From the NCBI GenBank assembly GCA_044892505.1, contig CM097882.1, forward strand, positions 172,670,001 to 172,734,000: 64,000 nt of DNA, read 5' to 3'. The stretch comes from Schmidtea nova (Eukaryota). Under the pieces are notes generated by a model, which worked only from the letters and a program-made list of their open reading frames with translations, did not search any database and was not told the origin of the DNA. Shown here piece after piece: positions 53,601 through 61,080 of the stretch. How positions within the stretch are numbered: position 1 is the stretch's first letter; each line of letters opens with the position of its first letter. The position numbers were made by a program, and so were the translations under genes.

Positions 53601-54705
53601 ATTTAAATATGTTGATATTTTTAATTTATCGCTTACTTATTAATTATTTCCACAATATCTTTTGCAAAATTAAATTTTACAGAATAATAAAATAAACTAG
53701 AAAAATTTTATATTCAGAAATTCAGCAAAAGTTTAAAAAAACTTCAGCTAAATTTTAAAAAAGAACTACAGCGAAATTTAAAAAATATAAAACCATCTAA
53801 AAAACGTATTTTTTTCGCCCAAAAAAAATTGAATTTTTTTTCACGGTACACTTGAGAATGTCTCGCGGCACACAGATTGGGAACCACCAATATAAATACA
53901 CACTTCAAAAGTATATGTCGAAAATTCCTGTGTCAATTTAAAAAATAATTTTATTCTATAGCCTTTATAAAAAAATAAATGAAAATTTCTGAAATCTAAG
54001 AGAAAGGATTAAAAAATAAATATGTTAATCGTAACTGCAAAATCTGTAAAATTTAGAATTTGTTTTAAAATAATGAAATTTTCTAAATAACTAAATATTA
54101 ATACGAACTTGAGATGGCAGAATTTCAAAGCTTTCTGATTCAAAGTAATCTGTTACTGCTTTGGACAAATATGGATGTAGAATTCTAGGACAATCAGCTT
54201 TTGGGAATAAATCTTGAATAAGACCCATAAACAATGGTACATCATCATAAATAAATTTCGGTAAATTCATATCCCTCAAGGCACGCATAAGAAGTTTTTT
54301 TTCTGATACTTCCGGATTTTCTCGTCGAATCCCACCTGCCATAACTAAAACCGATTTAAGAGCTCTCAACCCAAAATCATAATGATGTTGTTGTGATAAT
54401 TGTTCTTTGGCCAATTTATAAATTGTTGTCATCTTTTTTGCAAGCTCCTGTTATGATTTTAAATTACAAACATTTTTTTTCAAATTAGTACCTTTGCAGT
54501 TTGAAATCCTTGGGAAAACAGCATTATTTCACAAATGTATTCCAAGTCGGGAACAATCACTACCACAGGTCGAAATAATGTTTTCACACTTTCTGGTAGC
54601 TCCGTTCTTCCGGCGTAGCCCGGATTCATTGTAACAAAAACCCCGACATTATGTAGAAGAGTGATTTCATGCCCTTCAAACTTAAATATAAATCATTTCA
54701 TTATA

Positions 54706-54761
<56 letters not shown>

Positions 54762-57700
54762 TTCAAAGCCTTCAATAAAATTTTTGACTAATAATACTTA
54801 CAGAAAATGTTGCCAATTTTAGAATAAGTGCATTTTGAATTGTTTTGATTTGAGTAGTGACAACCGATAAAACTGACACGTCAATACGATTGAACTCATC
54901 AAAACATCCCCAAGCTCCACATTGACACAAACCAGATAAAAGTTTCCCAAAAGACTTAATAATTTTTCATATTATGTTATTCACTTAAATAAAAATTATT
55001 TAAATTTATTAAACAATAATATTTGAACGAAAAATATTTCATGAACACGAATGGTAAGTAGTATGTAAAATTAAGAAATGCGACCATAGGCCTGGGAAAA
55101 GTAGTTGATTGATTGTAATTTTCTTTTGCAAATATTGTTTTGTAAAATATTTTTCTCTGCGAGTGTAAATTAATTTCTATCAAATAACAATTTTGGTTAA
55201 ATTTTTAAAAATATTTTTAACGCAAAACTTTACGAAAGTTTTTTTTTGTTGCTAATTCATTTGACTCAACGTAATTTATTTATATTAAAGTCTAATAAAT
55301 CTTCAAAGATCATAACAGTATCTATGTATAGCTCAACATATCGTCAATTTGCTAAAAGTCCTGATACGTCTTGTGATAAATCCTGTGCTAACTGCTGTGC
55401 AAAACGAAAAAGTATATAATATCTGTGCTGTTAAATATCATTACGTTGCTTGACTACTAATTTTGCTAGCTATCAATTTAAGACATAAGAATGTATGAGA
55501 GCAAAGACATATATACTTAACTTCTATTTTTTTACCAAGGATTCTTCAAAATTTTATAATATGTCAAAGAATATCGAAGTCTTATCCTTAAAGGGGTAAA
55601 AACTTTTGAATTTTGGGTATCAATAGAAGTTGGCTTGACGAAAATAATAGTGTTAATCTGACTTACAAGGGGTTGGATTATTGGGGTTAAAAAATGTTCA
55701 AAGATTGGAAAATTTTAAAAAATTTTATTGTTGAAGTTTGTGTATTGAATATGATGGAAAAACATTCAAAGGTTTTCTGTTAGACCAAGTCCTTCAAGCG
55801 GAAAATATTTATCTTTGACTAAAACTTATTTTGAAAGAGGGTCGGCAAAACAGAGCTTTTAAAGATCTAATCTTTAAAAGTCTAAAGGGTCTAAAGTTTA
55901 TAAGGTTCTAAAGCCAAAAAGAGTCTTAGAAAATTTTTCAACACATTTTATATTTGTTTTGAAAACTTTAAATTTTAATTTAAAATTTTAAGTCAAAATT
56001 TTCATCAAGGTCCAGAACAAATAATATATGGAAAATAAAAAGTTTTTATAAAATGTTATATTATAAAATAATTTAAAATTAATAAGCCGTTTTTCGTGTA
56101 ATTCACTATGATATAGCAGACGCTTATCTGTTATTTATTTTTTAAGCATCGCTTAGCGAGCGTTTAGACCCATTCTTGCATTTACATCCATTCTCCTTCC
56201 AAATATTTAAACAAAATATGTCCTTATGAACTGAAATTTTTACCCTATTATTGATTTGGAAAAATAAGGCAGGGATCTCTTTATTTCCAAGTTAATTTTA
56301 AAAATGTTATAAGTTATTAGGGTCCTTCAGAAAAGTGCGTATGGGTCTCTCATATTTTTAGCTTAAATTCACAGGAAAATATTTTATGGTTTTATCTTGT
56401 TCCGCATATTTAATAGATTCTTAAAATTATATTTACTAAACTGTTTAGGATGCGTGCACATATCATAGATAAAAATACTTATTCAAGTCCATTTTATTCC
56501 AATGTAAAGATTTTGGTGCAACTTCACCTCTTTTTGTGAGACGAAGGCGGTGTAAGATACTGTAACTTGTGTCTGCGCCAGTGCCATAAGAATTAAAGCG
56601 AAAAGAATTCCTCTTTAATTCTTTCGAACACGTGAATACAACAGATCATGTGCCAGATCATCATTCAGGAAAGAGCCTTTTAATTAACCCTTTGGAACCA
56701 ACAGAGTTTCTATCGCTCGACGAAACAAAGAAATTTAATATAATTATGAAATTATTAAAGCAAGAGCATTAACATAGAAAATATTAAATAAAACAACTCA
56801 AAAATATTTATTCCAAAAATAAGCTTCTGATTACGATTACACAAACAAAGATTTATGTAATTGTTTTACTTGAATAGAAATACAATTTAAACAAAGAATT
56901 TGAGCCGAGATCTGCTAACAATAAAACTTGACTGGTGACAACGAAGTTAAATTATTGATTTTAACATCGTATTTATACTAATTTCCATATGTCACCTACG
57001 CATTCTGCTACCGGGTTTTATGTGTGGTGTGTGGAATTTCTTTCGCAATTATCAAGAGTCATGCGAGAGAAATTCACAGAATTTTAGAATTGGCTGCACA
57101 AACCTAAATATGAATTGATTTTATTTTATCTATAAATTTATTTTTATTTATTTAATTTATTTTCTAAATATTTATTCCTTATCTTACTAACATAGTTTGT
57201 CTATTTAAATAATAAAATTTATTTTATTTCAATTTGTTATTCTGTTTCGATGATTTTCACGGGAAATTTTTCTATACATTTTCTTAATCTACTTCCTTTA
57301 TTTTAATACTATTTGTATGACTTGATCATACTATTCGGTATGTATATTCGATTTGCAATCAAACTGCGTACTCTTTTTTGGAATGCTACTTTTTATTATT
57401 TTCCTTATTTCGGCATTCTGAAGAAATGCGGATTTGTAAGCCTATTAAGTTGGTGTTTGCAATCTCTTACCTTTTGAAATTTTATTTATTCATATTTATT
57501 GATGCTCGTATTTTATGTTTTTATTGAGTTCTTTGGTGTTATCATTTATTTTAAATTAAATTCTTGCAGTTGCATATATTTTTAAAAAATCAAAAATTTT
57601 ACTTCTCAACGGTCATTGCAATTTGGACTAAAGTTAAAGTCTAATAATAATTAAAAATTAATTAAAAAATTTTCGTTACAGATACTTCATACCCATATAA

Positions 57701-59215
57701 AAACTAATAATTATAGCAGTAAAGATAAAATTGTATGTAAATTATGAGCAACTCGTAAGCATGTTTAACAAATTCATTACAATAAATTCATTATTATTAT
57801 TATTGACTTATTATCTTGATGACTCACACACAAATAAATATAAAACACACACAAAATTTAACTGTCGTAAAAATCAATTAATTTCAATATTGAAACACCT
57901 TTTAAATTGTAAAATACCCAATTATCCTGTTTGCATGCTTAAACATCAGATTCAGATTGTAATTCAATAAAATTCTCTTGAATGAAAAATGGTAACAATA
58001 AATGTTTAAATTATACAAATAACATATGGATAATTAAAATAGAAAATAAAATAGCACAGCGCAATTAAGTCGTTCTTGTTAACATTGTCTAAATATTGCA
58101 CAAATGTTTTCACTGGCAATTGACACGTTGTTTTTTTTCTCGAACTCATACAAAATAAATGCACTTTATCCACTGACATTATTTTCACTTTAAATATCAC
58201 AAGTAACTAACGGATTCTATTAAAAATTTAATTTTATATAATAAAACAAGTAATAACCGGCTTTATAATATTAAATAATTTTTAAATAAATAAAAATTCG
58301 AAAAAAATTCGTTAGCCACGCTTATTAAAAATACGACAGAGCTTTCCTTCCAACCTAATAATTAATAATTAATATTCTGCGAAGAATAATATTTTTAAAG
58401 TTTAAAATAATATTCAAGTCGGAAAAAATTTTAAAATGAAAACAATATTTTTTATTGATACAAATTAATTTACACATGTAAATAAAAATTTCCAATTCAA
58501 GAAAAAAAATATTTACAAATATATTCAAATTTAAAAATTTTTTTAAAAAGACTGGAAAAAAATAAAAATTAAAACAGAAATTATTATTATTTATAAATTT
58601 TATTATTCTAACAACAATCGTAAATATAATAAAATTGTATAATAAAAATTGAATGTTATTTATATGAAATTTTTAAGTGAATCTTTAATCAAAGAAAACT
58701 TTTAAAAACGAAAAACAATATATAATCTTCCGAATATTTTACAGTTTCAATAAAATTTAGTGTATTTTTGAAGTTATAGATAATTATTTTAAAAATTTAT
58801 TTTTAATACTTTTGTAAATAGAACTTAATAAATTAATTACTTTATAATCCATTCCTTCACCACAGTTTGTCACGACACAAAGCAAACCCAATGCTTTAGC
58901 CAAATCTTTTACAGTTTCGGTTTTACCTGTACCAGCAGGACCAGCTGGTGCTCCACCAAGATGCATTGATAAAGCCTTAAAAATAATGAATTCGGTGTTT
59001 AATTAAATATTGCACAAATAAGACTCTAATTATTTTTTTCGATATATTCCGAATTTGGTTTTTGTCACAAGATATATGTGGTCCATATGATAACTCAAGT
59101 CATCATTTCTTAAGGATAACCTCTGGACTCAAATTTTTAAATACAAATTATTAAAATAAAATTAAGAAATTACAGCACAGACAGTTATATAATTTTAAAT
59201 AAAATTATTCTATAT

Positions 59216-59303
<88 letters not shown>

Positions 59304-59415
59304 CCATAATTATCTTTTTTCACGTTTGATCTTTTTTTATTATTAATATCAATAATTCCCATAATGATGACTATAGATCAAATTTTTTTATAAACAATAA
59401 CACAATATTTCTAAA

Positions 59416-59450
<35 letters not shown>

Positions 59451-61080
59451 GCATACTGCAAAAAGGTAGCAATGTAAAATTAATGAACATATTCGTAAGC
59501 TAAATGCTGTTTATTTTGATACAAAAGTACATGTGGCTACTTGGGCACCACAATATTGTTGCATTAGCTGTTCTTCTCGACTAAACAATTGTTTAAATAC
59601 TGTTTAAAACATTGGTATTTCCATGATTTGGCGTGAGTCAAAAAATCATTTCAAAGATTGTTATTTTTTCTGCATTATGATTTTATTATGGGTTTAAAGA
59701 TTATTGATAATCCTCCACGTCTTTCAACGAACAAAACTATATTGTCACTTTTACATATAAAATTAAATCAGATTAAGCAGTTTGTGAAAGTATTTCTGCT
59801 TTGCTGAAGTGACAAAAGATTCTATCATCAGACTACAGTTGTTTCTCGATCAGAACTTTGATAAAACTCTGAAACCAATTCAAAAGGCAGTATGGCTATC
59901 TTTTCGAAATGTTTGCAATGGTTTTCTTGGACGACATAACGCTGCAAATTTTGACTAGTTGATCAAAAATATGATGAAGAACTATGAAAGCCTATGCTGT
60001 AATGTCACTAAACCTTTTTTTATGGATTGGCACATTAATATTTTCCTTTAAAACACGTGGGATATATTTGATGAGCATAATTGTACGATTTCATTAATAA
60101 ATCAGTTAGATGGAAAGTCATAGTAAAGAAAAGTCTTCATCTGCATTAATTGTTGGCTACTACTAAATAGACAAGTACATGCAAGAATATTTTATATACA
60201 TACATTATTTTCAAAATTGAACTAATTGTTAACATCACAAATTGCATTACATGCACATATTATATTTAGTACATTTCAAAAATGAAAAAAGGGTTTCTAA
60301 TTAAATTTCACGAGTTAAAACGTTAAAACAAATGTCAAATTAGAATTAACAAAAAGTGTAATTGTTTTCGTAAAAATAAATTCATCAAATTTTGTTGGAC
60401 AGAGTACTTTAATATCGCGTTGTAGGAGAGTTACCTATGCATTCATTCATAGATCGTACACTTATGATCTTTCTAAAATTTCCGTTTACGTTCAACCATT
60501 ACTTTTAGATTATGATTTGATTTGATATTGAAAAAAAATAATATTATTATTGTAAAATATTAAAATTTAAAATTTTTTTTAACCTGGGTAAGTGTTAGAT
60601 ATATCCTGTCGGTTAAAGGAGTGATAACAAGCCGACCGTTCAATCCAAAATATTCATAACCATAACCAAATTCGCCTGAGCACTGTCGAATTCGTATACA
60701 GTCTATATCTTTTACCCAATAAAATCGCAATTGTGATTCCCATCCAAATTCTTCAGCTTCAATTACACTATTTGTAAATAATTATTTCAGTTTTTAATTA
60801 TAATATTGAAAAGAAACTAAATATTTATACAATTACCTATCTCGAATAAAGCCAAAAATAATATCTCTGGCATGAACATCTATGATCAGAACAGTTTCAA
60901 GTTTTTTCATGTCATTTTTAGTTAACTGGCTTCTAACGGCATGAACGATTTCTGAAATCTGATTGCTAACCTTTTTACCAAATTCTTTCATAGCCGCACG
61001 TTGTCCTTTTTTAATTTTATTGAATGTGTCTTCGACTTCCCATGTGAACCAAATTTGATTGGCAGCAAGAACAACCATTC
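556..61080 (-). CDS. DNAH10: Axonemal dynein heavy chain, DNAH10-like (inner arm I1/f alpha), partial: 15 exons in window, gene continues beyond both ends
   Basis: Exons in transcription order: 61080-60837, 60767-60584, 58975-58841, 54954-54802, 54680-54492, 54447-54109, 45595-45477, 43830-43434, 43357-42937, 34997-34567, 29617-29292, 27438-27231, 17167-17003, 16956-16632, 884-556. All have GT-AG boundaries and consistent phases. Motifs: GPAGTGKT (P1), [28 protein letters not shown] (P2), [28 protein letters not shown] (P3), [15 protein letters not shown] (P4). [16 protein letters not shown] and YDRGKEL resemble DNAH10 as I recall it; orthology needs a phylogeny. Confidence 0.93.
2636..3540 (+). 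mobile_element. Mutator/MULE DNA transposon remnant (transposase C-terminus at 2804-3166)
   Basis: [14 protein letters not shown]...[15 protein letters not shown] is a MULE C-terminal motif. It is flanked by GC-rich subterminal inverted repeats (cgcgccgttaataaccgc near 2660; gcggtttttaacggcgcg near 3505). Ends are approximate. Confidence 0.7.
4593..4665. repeat. 12-bp tandem repeat (tatgttttgcat), about 6 copies
   Basis: Seen directly. Confidence 0.85.
4860..5214 (+). pseudogene. 5' part of a decayed DNA transposase interrupted by the 10-kb element
   Basis: Joins in frame across the TSD to 15242 onward; many stops; weak on its own. Confidence 0.35.
5251..5945. promoter_or_regulatory. Clusters of AP-1-like (TGACTCA/TGAGTCA, about 10) and E2F-like (TTTTCGCGCC, about 4) motifs around a 15-bp tandem array; mirrored at about 14815-15200
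   Basis: Motifs seen directly; function inferred only. Confidence 0.45.
5581..5850. repeat. 15-bp tandem array (aacacaaattttttt), about 17 copies; about 4-5 copies in right arm (14895-14965)
   Basis: Seen directly; source of the spurious KKFVL-repeat ORF. Confidence 0.9.
6050..6710. repeat. 28-29-bp tandem array (aacaaagacatttcattgccaaa...); longer mirror at about 13775-14700
   Basis: Alternating variants ending aaaaact or atttcat; every unit contains AACAAAG. Confidence 0.9.
7433..8013 (-). CDS. IAP-type C3HC4 RING-finger protein lacking BIR domains, 178 aa, two exons (8013-7993, 7948-7433), left-arm copy
   Basis: Mirror of the right copy; the ORF-track translations are identical. ATG at 8013, 44-nt GT-AG intron at 7949-7992. 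Confidence 0.8.
8069..12243. repeat. Non-coding central spacer: degenerate tandem units, each with a conserved AGCAGAAC module of about 90 bp
   Basis: Modules at about 8791, 9012, 9680, 10285 and 12033 (also 6728, and inverted at 13670), separated by T/G-skewed degenerate atgatatttcatgtat-like sequence. Confidence 0.8.
12205..12298 (+). promoter_or_regulatory. Putative Pol II promoter of the RING gene: inverted CCAAT boxes and TATAAA (12262-12267)
   Basis: attgg at about 12212 and 12244; TATAAA 37 nt upstream of the ATG; mirrored in the left arm at 8014-8068. Confidence 0.5.
12299..12879 (+). CDS. IAP-type C3HC4 RING-finger protein lacking BIR domains, 178 aa, two exons (12299-12319, 12364-12879), right-arm copy
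   Basis: The ORF-track start at 12385 is TTG. An ATG exon (MNKETNK) splices through GTTAGT...AAATAG (12320-12363) in frame. The C-terminal CSIC-x11-CGH-x3-CSKC-x6-CESC has IAP RING spacing and ends IYI-stop. Confidence 0.82.
13235..13560. repeat. 30-bp tandem array (tattgcaatgtctttgttaacttgcatatg), about 10-11 copies; about 5 copies in left arm (6920-7065)
   Basis: Seen directly; source of the 10-aa-repeat ORFs. Confidence 0.9.
15242..15680 (+). pseudogene. 3' part of a decayed DNA transposase (family carrying a PRDDY-like motif)
   Basis: [28 protein letters not shown] ... [21 protein letters not shown]...VALKKF; stops and frameshifts; superfamily not assigned. Confidence 0.55.
16632..16956 (-). 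CDS. DNAH10: Dynein exon, AAA4
   Basis: [44 protein letters not shown]. Confidence 0.94.
17003..17167 (-). CDS. DNAH10: Dynein exon, AAA3-AAA4 junction, missed by ORF track
   Basis: NPILYGDYW...[12 protein letters not shown]; followed by a 46-nt intron. Confidence 0.9.
17379..17568. mobile_element. piggyBac-type MITE (190 bp)
   Basis: TTAA|CCCTTTA ... TAAAGGG|TTAA. Confidence 0.7.
17956..19019 (+). mobile_element. mariner transposon copy 1, internally deleted and defective
   Basis: TA TSD; about 30-bp TIR cgtggtgcgcccaataagtcgtgagacta; ORF from ATG 18114 with stops; TVDET and HDNAP present; about 230-bp deletion removes YSPDL and the third Asp. Confidence 0.93.
19571..19612 (-). ncRNA. Minimal type I hammerhead ribozyme-like motif (U3:A8 variant)
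   Basis: aatacacac-UUGAUAA-A-ggc ugu gcc-GAAA-uauu-guguuauu: stem I, stem II and palindromic stem III fit the fold; activity untested. Confidence 0.6.
20214..20255 (+). ncRNA. Inverted copy of the same hammerhead-like motif
   Basis: Exact reverse complement of 19571-19612. Confidence 0.6.
21441..21655 (-). repeat. 3' LTR
   Basis: Roughly a dozen differences from the 5' LTR by eye. Confidence 0.92.
21666..22962 (-). pseudogene. Gypsy integrase, frameshifted
   Basis: HVG...YYWP (22771-22962) followed by CIACQ, GIDITGP, IDYFTKY, HSDQG, GLIER. Confidence 0.9.
22966..24495 (-). pseudogene. Gypsy reverse transcriptase-RNase H
   Basis: [35 protein letters not shown]. Confidence 0.93.
25019..25492 (-). 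pseudogene. Gypsy aspartic protease
   Basis: [13 protein letters not shown]. Confidence 0.88.
25495..26620 (-). pseudogene. Gypsy gag, broken, with CCHC knuckles near 25680-25830
   Basis: ORF pieces 26408-26605 and 26117-26368 ([14 protein letters not shown]); zinc knuckles such as [15 protein letters not shown]. Confidence 0.75.
26638..26652 (-). promoter_or_regulatory. Primer-binding site, probably tRNA-Ser(CGA)-type
   Basis: TGGCGTCATGAACAG immediately inside the 5' LTR; the tRNA assignment is from memory of a ...CUGUUCGUGACGCCA 3' end. Confidence 0.55.
26653..26867 (-). repeat. 5' LTR
   Basis: tgttatatct...catataaca; three internal repeats of about 36 bp. Confidence 0.92.
27231..27438 (-). 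CDS. DNAH10: Dynein exon, AAA3 small domain
   Basis: [22 protein letters not shown]...[13 protein letters not shown]. Confidence 0.94.
29056..29263. repeat. Head-to-head palindrome of the Penelope-like 3' terminal sequence (arms about 100 bp, axis 29158/29159)
   Basis: ...ttataaacaataaca-ct-tgttattgtttataa...; arms match the 19510-19578 terminal sequence. Confidence 0.85.
29292..29617 (-). CDS. DNAH10: Dynein exon, AAA3
   Basis: [13 protein letters not shown]...[17 protein letters not shown]. Confidence 0.94.
30160..31520 (+). mobile_element. Tc1-family transposon, decayed; right end runs into an N gap
   Basis: TIR gtctccagtcag...tattgcagtttataat at both ends; inserted in (TA)n; ORF from ATG 30404; [24 protein letters not shown] (DD34E type). 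Confidence 0.88.
32555..32993 (-). mobile_element. Second, more decayed copy of the GIY-YIG/hammerhead Penelope-like family
   Basis: Aligns with 19530-19950; degenerate ribozyme motif at 32652-32693. Confidence 0.8.
34567..34997 (-). CDS. DNAH10: Dynein exon, AAA3
   Basis: ILVPTIET...[10 protein letters not shown]...INFSSCTTS...[18 protein letters not shown]. Confidence 0.94.
35235..35500. repeat. (TAGG)n/(TATG)n tetranucleotide microsatellite
   Basis: Seen directly. Confidence 0.9.
36228..37808. mobile_element. hAT (Charlie-like) MITE of about 290 bp, split by mariner copy 2
   Basis: cagggatgaggaac ... ggttactcatccctg; imperfect 8-bp TSD ccctagac/tccaagac. Confidence 0.7.
36378..37670 (+). 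mobile_element. mariner transposon copy 2, full length (1293 bp) and defective
   Basis: TA TSD; same TIR as copy 1; ORF 36536-37577 with stops and frameshifts; MDET, HDNTP, YSP(D)LAPSDF (DD34D). Confidence 0.94.
37810..38920 (-). pseudogene. Unidentified intronless ORF relic (284-aa open stretch at 37976-38830)
   Basis: ATG at 38920, one early stop, frameshift near 38030; continues to the hAT insertion and appears to resume left of 36220; no recognisable domain. Confidence 0.5.
40524..40577. repeat. 13-bp tandem repeat (agtagtccacatc), about 4 copies
   Basis: Seen directly. Confidence 0.8.
42603..42700 (-). mobile_element. Terminal fragment of the hammerhead Penelope-like family next to (AT)n
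   Basis: gatgactatagatcaaaa...cacaatatttcggcatagcctttatcaa. Confidence 0.7.
42937..43357 (-). CDS. DNAH10: Dynein exon, AAA2 small domain
   Basis: [13 protein letters not shown]...IIWSFGASI. Confidence 0.9.
43434..43830 (-). CDS. DNAH10: Dynein exon, AAA2
   Basis: INPKE...ELYG...DWTDGL...[25 protein letters not shown]...[13 protein letters not shown]. Confidence 0.95.
45477..45595 (-). CDS. DNAH10: Dynein exon, AAA2 Walker A, missed by ORF track
   Basis: [37 protein letters not shown]; 119 nt, phase fits neighbours. Confidence 0.92.
46517..47966 (-). mobile_element. Penelope-like element, second family (RT plus GIY-YIG; ORF 46654-47823, frameshifted upstream into an N gap)
   Basis: [62 protein letters not shown]; 45-bp direct repeat at 46517-46561 and 46611-46655. 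Confidence 0.9.
49570..50330 (-). pseudogene. Second unidentified intronless ORF relic (163-aa open stretch at 49761-50252)
   Basis: Frame continues about 60 codons past one TGA; no recognisable domain. Confidence 0.35.
51554..53889 (-). mobile_element. hAT Charlie/Buster-type transposon (ZBED5/SCAND3-like transposase), decayed
   Basis: TIR cagtggttcccaa / ttgggaacca; perfect 8-bp TSD ATATAAAT (51546-53 and 53890-97); PLCLIC...[36 protein letters not shown]. Confidence 0.92.
54109..54447 (-). CDS. DNAH10: Dynein exon, AAA1 small domain
   Basis: [24 protein letters not shown]...[11 protein letters not shown]. Confidence 0.94.
54492..54680 (-). CDS. DNAH10: Dynein exon, AAA1 sensor I, missed by ORF track
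   Basis: FEGHEI...[26 protein letters not shown]; followed by a 44-nt intron. Confidence 0.93.
54802..54954 (-). CDS. DNAH10: Dynein exon, AAA1 Walker B, missed by ORF track
   Basis: [32 protein letters not shown]. Confidence 0.93.
58841..58975 (-). CDS. DNAH10: Dynein exon, AAA1 Walker A
   Basis: [30 protein letters not shown]...NCGEGMDYK. Confidence 0.95.
59304..59411 (-). mobile_element. Terminal fragment of the hammerhead Penelope-like family between (TA)n tracts
   Basis: ccataattatctttttt...aataacacaatatttc; truncated inside the ribozyme core. Confidence 0.72.
59440..60400 (-). mobile_element. Highly decayed Tc1-like relic
   Basis: Traces such as VVQENHCKH (FQQDNDPKH-like); boundaries uncertain. 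Confidence 0.3.
60584..60767 (-). CDS. DNAH10: Dynein exon ([11 protein letters not shown]...[18 protein letters not shown]), missed by ORF track
   Basis: Manual translation; AG/GT boundaries; pre-AAA1 motif [20 protein letters not shown]. Confidence 0.92.
60837..61080 (-). CDS. DNAH10: Dynein exon ([17 protein letters not shown]...IIDVHARDI)
   Basis: AG at 61081-82, GT at 60835-36; DVHARD motif. Confidence 0.92.
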
